Source of the DNA: a virus
Lineage: Duplodnaviria; Caudoviricetes
Length of the DNA: 26,794 bases
IMG/VR virus record: IMGVR_UViG_3300010362_000090
Coordinates: 1 to 26,794 of that record
Reading direction: 5' to 3' (one strand)
Part shown: piece after piece, positions 12,608 to 22,383 of the stretch
Position numbering within the stretch: position 1 is the stretch's first letter
Layout: the number at the start of each line of letters is the position of its first letter
Notes under the pieces: generated by a model
What the model saw: only the letters and a program-made list of their open reading frames with translations
Database searches by the model: none
What the model was told of the DNA's origin: nothing
Program-made: the position numbers and the translations under genes

Positions 12608-15198
12608 GCTATTCGCCCATGGCCAGCAACCCCGGTCGGCGCCGTCCGCGACGAAGGGCGCTGGTCGGCGACGACGCGGAGGACCGCAACCCTGTCGTGG
12701 AAACAGGACAGCCGCTCAACACGACCCCCAAGCCGCGTCGCTACAAGAGCGGCAACCGGCGCGGCGAGCTGGATGCGGAAAGCGTCCGCAGCATCGTGCG
12801 TCGCATGGTCGCCACGGCGCGAGATTATGTGCAAAATGATCTTGCGCCTACGCGGGAGAAATGCTGGCGCTACTACAATGGCGAGGTCGACGCCAAGGCG
12901 AAAAAGGGCCGCTCGCGGGCGGTTGACGCGGTCGTCCGCGACACGGTCGACGGTATCTTGCCGCAGCTCGTTCGTGTGTTCGCGTCCTCTCAAGTGGTCG
13001 CCCGTTATGACCCCGAGACGCCGGCCGACCAAGGCATGGCCGACCAAGCGACGCGCTACGCCAAGTATGTTTTTGAGAAGCAAAACGCCGGGTTCCGCGC
13101 GCTCCATGACCATTTGAAGGACGGCCTTGTCGGCGCGGTCGGGATTTTCCGCGCCTATTGCGCGCACAGTGTCGAGACGACGGAGGAGCGTTACGAGGGG
13201 TTGACACAGGACGAGGTCACCTTGCTCCTGTCGGATGACACTGAGGAAATCGAAATTCTGGAAGTGTCGCAAAAGGTTGTGGGACCCGATGCGACGCCGG
13301 ACATGGCGCCCCCTGACGCGTCCATGGCCGGTGCGCCGCCGTCGCCTGACAGGCTAGCAGGAGGCGCGGCGCCACCTTCGCCCATGGGCGCGCCGCCCGG
13401 TCTACCACCCGGACCACAACCCCCGCCGGCTCAACCACCCGGCGCGGGGCCGCTAGGCGGTCCGGGCGGCGCACCCATGCCGCCGGGACCTCCGGCCGGG
13501 CCGGCGCCCGGTTCTCCCCCCGACGCCGGGCCGCCGGAGGCTCCCGGAGGCATGGCAGCGCCCAACGTCATTCCCTTCCCCGGCATGCTGACCGCGCCGC
13601 AGCCGAAACTCAGCATTGACCTGACCATCAAACGCACGCATCGGCGCAAGCGGTTGGTGATTGATACGGTCGACCCGGCGGAATTCATTGTCGACCCGCG
13701 CGCCACGACGGAGGAGGACGCGTATATCATCGGCATGGACAGCATCCGGCCCGCGTCGGACGTCATTGCCATGGGCGTCGACCCGGAGGACGTTGCCGCC
13801 ATTGCGACCGCACAGGAGACCGACCCGACCGGGGAAAAGGCCGCGCGCCGGCCGACCTCGTCCAGTTTGCCGGACGGCCCGGAGGACGACAGCTCGGACC
13901 GCTCTATTCGGGTGGTCGACATTGTCGTTCGCATTGACCAAGACGGCGACGGTATCGCGGAGCGGCGGCGTATCATCGCCCTAGGCGAGGAATTCGTCAT
14001 TGTTCGGAACGAGCCGACGGACGAGTGTCCTTATGCGGTCGGGTCGCCTATCCTTATGCCGCATTGCCTCATAGGGCAGGGCATTGGTCAGCTAATGACC
14101 GATTTGCAGGACATTCAAACCGCCATTCTCCGGCAACAGCTTGACAGCCTCTATCAGGCCGTCAACCCGCGTACCATCGTGGTCGAACAGCAAGTCAACA
14201 TACAGGACGTCGTCGACAACCAATTCAACGGTGTCATTCGCGCCCGCGCGCCCGGCATGGTGCAACCCTATACTGTCGAGTTTGTCGGACAACAGGCGTT
14301 CCCCATGGTGGAACGGCTGGACCAAATCCGCGAGAACCGCACTGGTCTAAGCCGCGCCTCACAGGGGTTGCAGGCCGACGCGCTCCAGTCGTCCACCGAA
14401 TTCGGGGTCCGGGCTGTCATCGGCGCGGCGCTCATGAAAATCGAATTGCTGGCGCGGACCTACGCGGAGACCAGCATTCAACGGCTGTTTCGCATGATCC
14501 TTGCGCTGGCGGTGCGGTATCAACAGGAGCCGTTGACTATTAATCTGGACGGCAAGGATTTTGAGGTCGACCCCCGCGCGTGGAAGTCCGACATGGGCGT
14601 CACGGTCGCGGTCGGGTTGGGCACTGGCAACGACGACGAGCGCAAGGCGGCGCTGGCGTTCGTCCTCCAGAAACAGGAGCAAATCCTCCAGACAGCCGGA
14701 CCGACCAACCCGCTTTGTGACATGGCGAACTACGGCGAGGCGTTGCACGACTTCATGCAATTGACCCCCTATCGCGCGTCGGACAAGTATTTCAAGCGTC
14801 CGACAGAACAGGAAATGCAGGCGTTTGCCGCGCAACAGGCCAAGGCCGCACAGGAACAGGCCGGCGGCGACGCACAGGCCAAGATGGCCAAGGTGCAGGC
14901 CGACGCACAGGCGAAACAGGCCAAGGCACAGGCCGACGCGCAAGTCCAGCAAGGCAAGCTCCAGCTACAGGCGATGCAGGGCCAGCAACAGCTCCAGCTT
15001 GAGGCGGCCCGCGCACAGAACGAAATGGAGCTGGAGCGCGCCAAGGCGGCGGCCAAGCTGCAACTTGAGCAACAGATAGCCCGAACGCAGGCGGCGACCA
15101 ACATGGCCGAGCTGCAAGGGGAAATGCAGCTCAAGGCTTACGAAATCAAGGAACAGGCCAAGGTCGACACGCGGCTCAAGAAACCGGAGGACGACTAG
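12604..15198 (+). CDS. Portal protein (P22-like) with a Pro-rich insertion and a Gln/Ala-rich C-terminal coiled coil
   Basis: Follows terL; 'VVRDTVDGILPQLVRVF', 'PAEFIVDP', 'DLQDIQTAILRQQLD' and 'VAVGLGTG'. Confidence 0.9.
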   Translation: MSYSPMASNPGRRRPRRRALVGDDAEDRNPVVETGQPLNTTPKPRRYKSGNRRGELDAESVRSIVRRMVATARDYVQNDLAPTREKCWRYYNGEVDAKAKKGRSRAVDAVVRDTVDGILPQLVRVFASSQVVARYDPETPADQGMADQATRYAKYVFEKQNAGFRALHDHLKDGLVGAVGIFRAYCAHSVETTEERYEGLTQDEVTLLLSDDTEEIEILEVSQKVVGPDATPDMAPPDASMAGAPPSPDRLAGGAAPPSPMGAPPGLPPGPQPPPAQPPGAGPLGGPGGAPMPPGPPAGPAPGSPPDAGPPEAPGGMAAPNVIPFPGMLTAPQPKLSIDLTIKRTHRRKRLVIDTVDPAEFIVDPRATTEEDAYIIGMDSIRPASDVIAMGVDPEDVAAIATAQETDPTGEKAARRPTSSSLPDGPEDDSSDRSIRVVDIVVRIDQDGDGIAERRRIIALGEEFVIVRNEPTDECPYAVGSPILMPHCLIGQGIGQLMTDLQDIQTAILRQQLDSLYQAVNPRTIVVEQQVNIQDVVDNQFNGVIRARAPGMVQPYTVEFVGQQAFPMVERLDQIRENRTGLSRASQGLQADALQSSTEFGVRAVIGAALMKIELLARTYAETSIQRLFRMILALAVRYQQEPLTINLDGKDFEVDPRAWKSDMGVTVAVGLGTGNDDERKAALAFVLQKQEQILQTAGPTNPLCDMANYGEALHDFMQLTPYRASDKYFKRPTEQEMQAFAAQQAKAAQEQAGGDAQAKMAKVQADAQAKQAKAQADAQVQQGKLQLQAMQGQQQLQLEAARAQNEMELERAKAAAKLQLEQQIARTQAATNMAELQGEMQLKAYEIKEQAKVDTRLKKPEDD

Positions 15199-15199
15199 C

Positions 15200-15373
15200 A
15201 TGCTCCCCAAGCGACGCCCCAAACCGCCGCGCCCCGTCGAACAGGACCCCATGATGGCGGCCCCGGTCGACGTTGAACCGCCTCCCGCGCCGGGAGGCAT
15301 GAAGCGGCCGAACCAAGCGCCCAAACGGCGGCCCCGCACGGGAAAGAACATGCGGCGCTTGCCCCCTGTCTAG
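15200..15373 (+). CDS. 57-aa Pro/Arg-rich basic peptide, not in the ORF track
   Basis: GGAGG RBS; it fills the portal-to-holin gap (MLPKRRPKPPRPVEQDPMMAAP...). Confidence 0.55.
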   Translation: MLPKRRPKPPRPVEQDPMMAAPVDVEPPPAPGGMKRPNQAPKRRPRTGKNMRRLPPV

Positions 15374-15377
15374 CGAA

Positions 15378-15596
15378 GTGGACATGAGCCTGACCGAAAC
15401 CGCAAACCGGGTCGTCGCTTCGCTGACGGCGACGCCTACTTTGCTGGTCATGGTCCTCCTCAACACGGTCATGATAGGGGCCGCCGCGTGGTTCCTGAAT
15501 TCACAGGAGGTCACGCGCGGCAAGGTGACTACAGAACTGGTCAAGCTCATTACGGTTTGCCTTGACCATGAACAGCGGAGGCCGAACCCGCCATGA
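15378..15596 (+). CDS. Holin-like membrane protein
   Basis: One hydrophobic segment (TLLVMVLLNTVMIGAAAWFL); ATGA-coupled to the endolysin. Confidence 0.55.
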   Translation: MDMSLTETANRVVASLTATPTLLVMVLLNTVMIGAAAWFLNSQEVTRGKVTTELVKLITVCLDHEQRRPNPP

Positions 15597-16201
15597 GGTT
15601 CAATCAATTTGCCTGCTATCAGTTTACCATGGAACAGGAGGGCGGCTTTTCGACCGACCCGAATGACCCCGGAAACTGGACCGGTTGCGAGGTCGGGACC
15701 GGCGAGCTGAAAGGCACGAACAAGGGCATTTCCGCGTGCGCCTACCCGGACTTGGACCTTGCCAGCCTGACCGATTACGAGATTTTCAAAATCTATGACC
15801 GCGACTATTGGGATGTCGTCGCGGGCGACCAGCTCCCGAGAGGCATTGACCTCTGCACTTGGGATAGCGGTGTCAATTGCGGCCCCGGCAAGGGCGTCGA
15901 GTGGTTGCAGCGGGCGACCGGCAACCCCAACGCGGACGGCGCCATGGGGCCGGAAACCCTGTCCTACGTCGACAAAATCGAGGACCCCGACGCGGTCATC
16001 GACAGCATTTGCGACCAGCGCATGGTCTATTACCGGAGCCTGTCGACTTGGGATCGTTACGGCGAGGGCTGGAGCCGGCGGGTCGGTGAAATGCGCGAGC
16101 TGGCGCATGACATGTCGGCTGAGGTCCTGACCAGTCAAGTCGTGGTCACCATTGCCGCGCCGCCGACCGTCAAGGTGACGGTGCGACAGGTAAACCCGTG
16201 A
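15593..16201 (+). CDS. Endolysin, glycoside hydrolase family 108
   Basis: 'EGGFSTDPNDPGNWT', 'TNKGIS', 'IYDRDYW', 'DSGVNCG', 'LQRA' and 'YGEGWSRR'. Confidence 0.92.
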   Translation: MRFNQFACYQFTMEQEGGFSTDPNDPGNWTGCEVGTGELKGTNKGISACAYPDLDLASLTDYEIFKIYDRDYWDVVAGDQLPRGIDLCTWDSGVNCGPGKGVEWLQRATGNPNADGAMGPETLSYVDKIEDPDAVIDSICDQRMVYYRSLSTWDRYGEGWSRRVGEMRELAHDMSAEVLTSQVVVTIAAPPTVKVTVRQVNP

Positions 16202-16479
16202 GCGACGACCCGGCTATTGCGCTCCGGGAGCGCATTGCAGCCGGCGAGCGGGCGCGAGCGCTGTTGGGCGACCCGACCCTTGAGGGCGCGCTGGACGCTA
16301 TCGAGGCCGACGCGGTCGCGGCATGGCGCGGTGCGGTCGGACCGGTCGGCTTGAACACGCGCGAGGCATCGCATGCCATCGTGCGCGGTATCGACATGAT
16401 CCGGGGCCAGCTCCGGGCGTGGTTTGACGACGGCGAGCTGGCGCGGGTCGCTCTTGCCGAAATCCTTGAGGAGGAGTAA
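16198..16479 (+). CDS. Small helical protein upstream of the scaffold gene
   Basis: GTGA overlap; 'GERARALLGDP...W...RE'. A small gene is common at this position in such podoviruses. Confidence 0.75.
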   Translation: MSDDPAIALRERIAAGERARALLGDPTLEGALDAIEADAVAAWRGAVGPVGLNTREASHAIVRGIDMIRGQLRAWFDDGELARVALAEILEEE

Positions 16480-16484
16480 CGCTT

Positions 16485-17516
16485 ATGTCTGGAGAACAGG
16501 CCAATACGCCGGATAACGGCACTGGCCCATTGTCCATGGACGAGGCGGTCGACGCCCTACTGAAACCCCTTCCCCCTCGCCAACCGAGGGACACTCGGGG
16601 CCAAGAGGACGAGGACCGTGCACAGTCGCCGGAAGGCGACGAACCCCTGTCCGCTGACACAGACCAAGACGGCGAGCAACCGACAGAGCTTGCGGACCCG
16701 GATGACCCGGACAATCCGCCCTTGCAGGAACCATCCTATCGGGTGGTTGTAGACGGCAAGGAAAGCACTATTCCGGTAAGCGAGCTGGTCAAGGGCTACC
16801 AGCGCCAAGCGGTTTTCACAACCAAATCGCAATCACTCGCGGACGAGCGGCGCACGTTTGAGACCGAGCGCGCCGCCGTCAGCAAGGAACGCGGTCAATA
16901 CGCGACGCTCTTGACGGCGCTCAAAGCGCAAGTCGAGGGCGATGGAGCGGAGCCGGATTGGGATGCGCTCCAGCGGGACGACCCGGTCGCGTATTCGATT
17001 GAATGGGCGCGCTGGGGCCAGCGGCAACGCAAGCTCGCAGCGATTGAAGGCGAACGGCGACGCATCGCCGCTGCGGAGACGGAGGAGGCCAAAGAGGCTT
17101 TCCGAAAGCACGCGACGGAACAGTTTGAGGCGTTGCTGGCAAAGGTGCCCGAGTACAAGGACGAGAAGGTTCGTTTCAAGGACAGAGACGACCTCCGCTC
17201 GTTCGCGGTGAGCGCCTACGGCTACACGGCCGACGAAATTAATTCGCTGGTCGACCATCGGGCCATCTTGGCCTTGCGGGATGCGCGAGCATACCGGGCG
17301 CTGCGTAACAAGGCGCCGCTGGTCGAAAAGCGGGTCATGGAGGCCGACACGCCCTTGTCCCGCAATCGCGGGACCCCGACCGGCCAACCGGCGGTTCGGG
17401 TCAGGACTGCGGAACAGCGATTTAACCGCACCGGCAAGCTGCAAGATGCAGTGGAGCTGGAATTGGCCCGGTCTCGGAACAGGCAACGTCATGGCAATGG
17501 GAGCGGCGATAGCTAA
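16485..17516 (+). CDS. Capsid scaffolding protein
   Basis: Acidic disordered N-terminus, 'VVVDGKE...ELVKGYQRQ..FT.KSQ.LA', coiled coils; directly before the major capsid gene. Confidence 0.85.
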   Translation: MSGEQANTPDNGTGPLSMDEAVDALLKPLPPRQPRDTRGQEDEDRAQSPEGDEPLSADTDQDGEQPTELADPDDPDNPPLQEPSYRVVVDGKESTIPVSELVKGYQRQAVFTTKSQSLADERRTFETERAAVSKERGQYATLLTALKAQVEGDGAEPDWDALQRDDPVAYSIEWARWGQRQRKLAAIEGERRRIAAAETEEAKEAFRKHATEQFEALLAKVPEYKDEKVRFKDRDDLRSFAVSAYGYTADEINSLVDHRAILALRDARAYRALRNKAPLVEKRVMEADTPLSRNRGTPTGQPAVRVRTAEQRFNRTGKLQDAVELELARSRNRQRHGNGSGDS

Positions 17517-18468
17517 CACCTATCGCACCAATGTCGCCCCGGCGGCGGTTGGTCAGCGCGAGGACCTGTCGGACACGATTGAACGGATCGACCCGACAGA
17601 AACCCCGATGTACAGCAATGCGGACAAGAGGACCGCGAAAGCGATCCTTACCGAGTGGCAGGTTCAGGAGCTTATCGCTCCGGCCAAGAACGTCCAGCCG
17701 GAAGGTTTTGAGGCGACGTTTGCGGCTCCCAAGCCGACCGACCGGCTGGGGAATTACTGTCAGCTCGCGGCCAAGAGCTACCTTGTGTCCGATACACTGG
17801 ACAGTGTCGTCACGGCGGGTCGTGACCGGGAGAGCACCTATCAGGCGCTCCTCAAGGGACTGGAAATCCGCCGCGACGTCGAGTTTTCCCTCGTCAACTC
17901 GCAAATCAAGAAAGGCACTGACCCGCGCGAGCTGGGGTCGTTCGCGACATGGATTACCAACGGCTCCGTTGGCGCGACCGGGACCATGCCGGCGGGCGAC
18001 GGGTCGACGGCGCCCGTTCCGGGGACCGACCGGCCCCTGACCTTGGCGCTCCTGTCGTCGGCGATGCAGGACGCCTATACGGACGGCGGCCAGCCGGAAT
18101 ACATGTCGTTCCCGCCGAACCTCAAGGTCGCGTTTTCCAAGCTCGCCATCCCGCCGGGGACCGGGTCGGTTGCGCAGAACGAGTACAACATGTCCTCCGT
18201 CAAGGAAGGCGTGATTATCGGGTCGGTTGGCGTGTTCCTGACCGATTTCGGCAAGCTGGACGTTGTCGTCAACCGGATACAGGACGCGAAAACCGTGTTC
18301 CTTGTCGACCCGGACTATTACGACATCGCGACGCTCCCCGGTCGCACGTTCAAGAAAACCAACCTCGCCAAAACCGGGTCGGCCGACAAGGGGATGGTTG
18401 AATGGGAGGGAACGCTGCGGGTCACCGCTCCCAAGGCGCACGCCGCCGTTTTCGGCGCCATTCCGTAA
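17491..18468 (+). CDS. Major capsid protein (DUF5309/SU10-like)
   Basis: 'GQREDLSD.I..IDPTETP', 'EWQ', 'RLGNYCQ', 'EIRRDVE', 'TDFG' and 'LAKTGSA'. Confidence 0.9.
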   Translation: MAMGAAIANTYRTNVAPAAVGQREDLSDTIERIDPTETPMYSNADKRTAKAILTEWQVQELIAPAKNVQPEGFEATFAAPKPTDRLGNYCQLAAKSYLVSDTLDSVVTAGRDRESTYQALLKGLEIRRDVEFSLVNSQIKKGTDPRELGSFATWITNGSVGATGTMPAGDGSTAPVPGTDRPLTLALLSSAMQDAYTDGGQPEYMSFPPNLKVAFSKLAIPPGTGSVAQNEYNMSSVKEGVIIGSVGVFLTDFGKLDVVVNRIQDAKTVFLVDPDYYDIATLPGRTFKKTNLAKTGSADKGMVEWEGTLRVTAPKAHAAVFGAIP

Positions 18469-18472
18469 GGTC

Positions 18473-18793
18473 ATGGCGCTCGGGAAGCTCATAAGTCGGG
18501 ACCCCGTCCGGGGAGTGTCCGTTTATTTGGACATTCAATCGGACGGGTCGTTCCTGTTTACCGAGGTCCAGAACGTCCGGGGACTGCAAAACCGCATTAA
18601 CGAGACGGCGGCCGACAACGTCGGCCGGCGCCGGCCGCACTCACAGAAGCATATGCGCCAAGTCGCGGAATTGCCGGCGATCATCGTCAACCGGCTCATT
18701 CGTGAGGGCATATGGGGCGACCAGAAGAAAATGCGTCAGTGGTTGAACGACCCTGACCATCGTGATTTCCGCACTGGCGGCGGGAGGCTGTGA
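18473..18793 (+). CDS. Phage protein after the major capsid gene, 106 aa
   Basis: 'VAELP', 'WLNDPDHRDFRT..G.L'; AAGG RBS. Confidence 0.8.
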   Translation: MALGKLISRDPVRGVSVYLDIQSDGSFLFTEVQNVRGLQNRINETAADNVGRRRPHSQKHMRQVAELPAIIVNRLIREGIWGDQKKMRQWLNDPDHRDFRTGGGRL

Positions 18794-18794
18794 C

Positions 18795-19457
18795 ATGCCG
18801 TTCGCGACCTTTGCCGAGCTGCAAACCGCGCTACAGGGTTGGCTAGGCGACCGAACCGACTTGGTCGACCAAATCCCGAATTTCGTGGCGCTGGCGGAGG
18901 AGGACATGTCCGGGCGGCTCCGGGCGCGGGAGCTGCATGAGCGCGTCGTCGCGCTGCTGACGGAGGAATACGAATGGCTCCCGACCGACTTTGCGGCGGT
19001 CGATTACCTCGCGTATGGCAGTGGGGCCGGGGACCGCGTGCGTCTACCTTTCAGGACAATGGCGCAATTGGACAACGAACCGAACGGAATGGAGCAAAGC
19101 GACATTCCTTGCGCCTATTCAATCATCGGGACGCAAATCCGGTTTTTCCGGCCGCCGACCCCGATTGTCGTTCCGCCGGGCGTCGACCCGGATTTGGAAC
19201 CGTGGAAGGCGCGGCATTTTGAGCTGATTTACTGGCGCCGGGTCGCACCGTTGACCGCGCCGACCAGCACGAATGTCGTGCTGGCGAATTATCCGAGCTG
19301 CTACCTCTATGGCAGCTTAGTGGCCGCCGAACCCTTCATTTTGAACGACCAGCGCGTCCCCATGTGGCAGGCGCAATATCAGGCCGCCATTGACCGGGCG
19401 TCGGCCGGCGACAAACAGGACACGCTCGCGCGTCTCACGGTGAGCATGCCGTCATGA
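18795..19457 (+). CDS. Head-tail adaptor protein
   Basis: 'ELQTAL..WL.DR.DL...IP.FV.LAE', 'LPTDF' and 'YLYGSL..A.PF'. Confidence 0.8.
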   Translation: MPFATFAELQTALQGWLGDRTDLVDQIPNFVALAEEDMSGRLRARELHERVVALLTEEYEWLPTDFAAVDYLAYGSGAGDRVRLPFRTMAQLDNEPNGMEQSDIPCAYSIIGTQIRFFRPPTPIVVPPGVDPDLEPWKARHFELIYWRRVAPLTAPTSTNVVLANYPSCYLYGSLVAAEPFILNDQRVPMWQAQYQAAIDRASAGDKQDTLARLTVSMPS

Positions 19458-21835
19458 CCGCCTACATACGTCCGCAAACCCTTTCCGGAGCCTCTACAGC
19501 GGCGCCGCGCACCGCGCCGGCCCCTGACCCCTTTGGCGCGCCAATCGACCCCCTTGCCCCGAAAACCACGGTCTATCGCGACATGGCGGTCACTGAGGCG
19601 GAATTGCCGGTTGAGCTGGCCATCGCGGCGGCGGAAATCAGTTTCGACAATGACGGGTCCGGGCTGGAGGCGACCAACGTACAGGACGCCCTTGACGAGC
19701 TGGACGGCCGGGTCGACGGCGCGGAGGTCGACCTAGACGACCTATTCGACCGCATGGGCGCGGTTGAGGCCAAAACCGGGCCGGCGACGGAGACGGTCGC
19801 CGGTATCACAGAGCTGGCGACACAGGACGAAGTCAACACAGGCGCGCCGGGCGGCTTGGCTGTGACACCGGCAACGCTGGCCGCCCGGTTAGCGACGCTA
19901 CCCGGTGCGGCGCCCGCGACGGAGATAGACGCCGGCATCGCGGAAATCGCGACGCAGGCGGAGACGGACGCGGCTGCGTCGGTGGCGCTGGACGACAAGA
20001 TCATTACGCCCAAAAAATTTGCGCCGTGGCGGGACATGATTTCGGCGGCGCTGACGGATGCACCCAACGACGGTAACAGCTACGCCCGCAAGAACGCGGC
20101 ATGGGCGGCGGTCACGTCTTTCCCGGAAGCGCCAAGCGACGGCAACAGCTACGCGCGCAAAAACGCCGCATGGGCAGCCATCACGTCGCTGACCGATGCG
20201 CCAAGTGATGGCAAGCTGTATGGACGGCAAAACGCAGCTTGGGCCAGCATTGAAACGTCCGGCGGCGGCTCGGAGTTTGAATTCACGTTCAGTAGCGCCA
20301 CGGCGCCGCCGCCAACCGCCGGCCAGCTCCGGTTGAACCAGACTAACCAATTTCTCACGACAACAATCTATGTGTCGCACACTTCGGCATCGGGCGTTGA
20401 CGTCACGAACAAGCTGAGTTTTCTGCAAGTCGGCGACAAGCTCTATCTCCAGCACAAGACGGATGCCACGCGTAACCTGACGGTGACGTTGACGGTGATG
20501 CCGTTCAACCAGGGCAGTTACCATGAACTGGCGTGCTCGGTGCAGAGCGCCGGTTCTGATCTGCTGAACGGTGCTACGATCATCGCCTCACGCATCGTGC
20601 AGACGCCGGTGCAGGCGACGGAGAGCGTGGCCGGCATCGCCGAGATTGCGACCGATGCCGAGACAGCGACGAATGACGATCTTCGGATCGTGACGCCGAA
20701 AAAGCTCAACACACGCATCAATGCCGTGGTTGGAGCGTATGTCGCCAAGGCTGGCGATACGATGACAGGCGCGCTGGGTATCGGCGGTGCGGCCGACCCG
20801 GCGGTTATGCTGCATGTCAAGAAAACGGGAGCACACGCGATCCAGTGGATCGAAGCGCTGACGGGTGGCAAAATCCCACAGTTGGTGATGCAGGGAACAA
20901 CGCAATCGTGGGCGATCAACGTCCATGAGGATTTCGCTGATAAGAGACTTGCGATCTGGAACAACACCGGCACGCCGATTGAAAAATTTAGGATGTTGCC
21001 TGACGGTACCGCGACGTTTTTCGGCAATGTGATTGTCAGTAACAGCGCCGGACCGATCATACAATTGAACGGTCCGACGGATAGTTCGATCTATTATCAG
21101 TCTGCCGGTGTCGTGCGTGCGAACCTTGGGTGGTCCACGGCGAATAGCGGATGGTTTCTCAATATTAACGATGCTGCGGGGGCCTACGTCCGTACAGCGC
21201 TTCTCGTGACGGCCACGGGTGTCGGGGTCAACGGTGTTCCGGGTACCCTGCTCCATGTCATGGGCAATAGCTATCCGAATATCATGGTGGAGGCGACGAA
21301 CAACACGAACGCCAATATCACACTGAAGCATGGTGGCGCGGCGGCGCGGTCGTGGTCGGTCTATACGTGGGCACCAGACGGTCAGTTTTTGATTGCTGAT
21401 AACACAGCGGCCAAAAACCGTTTCGCTATCAGTACGGCGGGCAACACGACCATTGGCTGGGACGCGGTTCCGGGAACGTCGTCGCTGACGGTAGTCACCA
21501 ACGATTGGACGACACTTGAAGTCAAGACGACGACATCGGCCAAGGGTGCGCAGGTGATGCTGCGAACCCCGGAGTACAGCCAACCCTTCATCCTACGCGG
21601 CTATAACGGGCAGTTCACCATTTACGATCAGAACGGTAATCAGCAATTCTGGATGAACAACGACAACACGCGTGGGTACCCAAATGGTGATTTGTGGTTG
21701 GGTGGCATGTTGCGTGGTGGAGCGAATGACGCGGGTTCGGTGCGCTGTCGGGCGGGCCATAACATTCAATTTTATTGGGCCGGGACAGCGCTTTACGCAC
21801 GTATTGATAACGCAACAGATGTTCTGATCGGATGA
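19454..21835 (+). CDS. Tail fibre protein
   Basis: 'ATNVQDALDEL', three 'ATE..AGI.E.AT' repeats, three '(D/E)AP.DG..Y.R.NAAW' repeats, 'KAGDTMTGAL', and a beta-rich distal part. Confidence 0.88.
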   Translation: MTAYIRPQTLSGASTAAPRTAPAPDPFGAPIDPLAPKTTVYRDMAVTEAELPVELAIAAAEISFDNDGSGLEATNVQDALDELDGRVDGAEVDLDDLFDRMGAVEAKTGPATETVAGITELATQDEVNTGAPGGLAVTPATLAARLATLPGAAPATEIDAGIAEIATQAETDAAASVALDDKIITPKKFAPWRDMISAALTDAPNDGNSYARKNAAWAAVTSFPEAPSDGNSYARKNAAWAAITSLTDAPSDGKLYGRQNAAWASIETSGGGSEFEFTFSSATAPPPTAGQLRLNQTNQFLTTTIYVSHTSASGVDVTNKLSFLQVGDKLYLQHKTDATRNLTVTLTVMPFNQGSYHELACSVQSAGSDLLNGATIIASRIVQTPVQATESVAGIAEIATDAETATNDDLRIVTPKKLNTRINAVVGAYVAKAGDTMTGALGIGGAADPAVMLHVKKTGAHAIQWIEALTGGKIPQLVMQGTTQSWAINVHEDFADKRLAIWNNTGTPIEKFRMLPDGTATFFGNVIVSNSAGPIIQLNGPTDSSIYYQSAGVVRANLGWSTANSGWFLNINDAAGAYVRTALLVTATGVGVNGVPGTLLHVMGNSYPNIMVEATNNTNANITLKHGGAAARSWSVYTWAPDGQFLIADNTAAKNRFAISTAGNTTIGWDAVPGTSSLTVVTNDWTTLEVKTTTSAKGAQVMLRTPEYSQPFILRGYNGQFTIYDQNGNQQFWMNNDNTRGYPNGDLWLGGMLRGGANDAGSVRCRAGHNIQFYWAGTALYARIDNATDVLIG
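20056..20250 (+). repeat. Three tandem 69-bp (23-aa) intragenic repeats
   Basis: DAPNDGNSYARKNAAW, EAPSDGNSYARKNAAW and DAPSDGKLYGRQNAAW. Confidence 0.9.
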
Positions 21836-21844
21836 GGTGATGCT

Positions 21845-22081
21845 ATGGCCATTGAAGTCGGCGCGCAGATTACTGGCATCGTGCAACGATCCGTGAGCTA
21901 TCTGGCGGGCGATCCGCCGGTAGCACAAACGCTCTACATCCGTGACGTGACGTTCCAGACGGTCGGAATGCCGGCTGGGCAAGCGCCGATTTTCAGCATC
22001 GCTGTTACGGACGCTACGCAGTGGGATACCCTGCGCGTTGGACAGACTTGCACCATAACCATAACCCCACCCGCACCATGA
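21845..22081 (+). CDS. Hypothetical 78-aa protein (tail-fibre associated)
   Basis: GAGGTG RBS. Confidence 0.75.
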   Translation: MAIEVGAQITGIVQRSVSYLAGDPPVAQTLYIRDVTFQTVGMPAGQAPIFSIAVTDATQWDTLRVGQTCTITITPPAP

Positions 22082-22383
22082 TTGACTTTGACGAACCCAT
22101 TCGTGATTTGACCGGTAAACCGGTCAAACTTGACGACCAGCTCATGACTGTGGGGAGCTGTTCCCTACAGGCGTTGTTGCACATTTTTCAGAATGAGGAC
22201 GCGACCCCGGAAATCAAAGTCAAGCGCTTCAAACTGGCGTTGCGCATTTCACAGACCGACCAGCCTATCGGTCTGTCGGCGGACGAAGTGCAGACCTTGA
22301 AAACGCCAGTCGGCAAATACTGGAACCCCTTGGTTGTCGGCAGGGTTTACGAGGCCGTGGACCCGGAAAGCATGAGGGCATGA
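22078..22383 (+). CDS. Hypothetical 101-aa protein (possible fibre chaperone)
   Basis: ATGA overlap with the upstream gene. Confidence 0.75.
   Translation: MIDFDEPIRDLTGKPVKLDDQLMTVGSCSLQALLHIFQNEDATPEIKVKRFKLALRISQTDQPIGLSADEVQTLKTPVGKYWNPLVVGRVYEAVDPESMRA

Noticed and set aside
15176-18492. Long minus-strand ORFs (e.g. 15176-16138, 17422-18492; also 642-1616)
   Set aside because: They are antisense to well-supported genes, which is expected in GC-rich coding DNA, and show no recognisable motifs.
19454-21835. Diversity-generating retroelement or invertible tail-fibre system
   Set aside because: There is no reverse transcriptase, invertase or template/variable repeat pair in the window.
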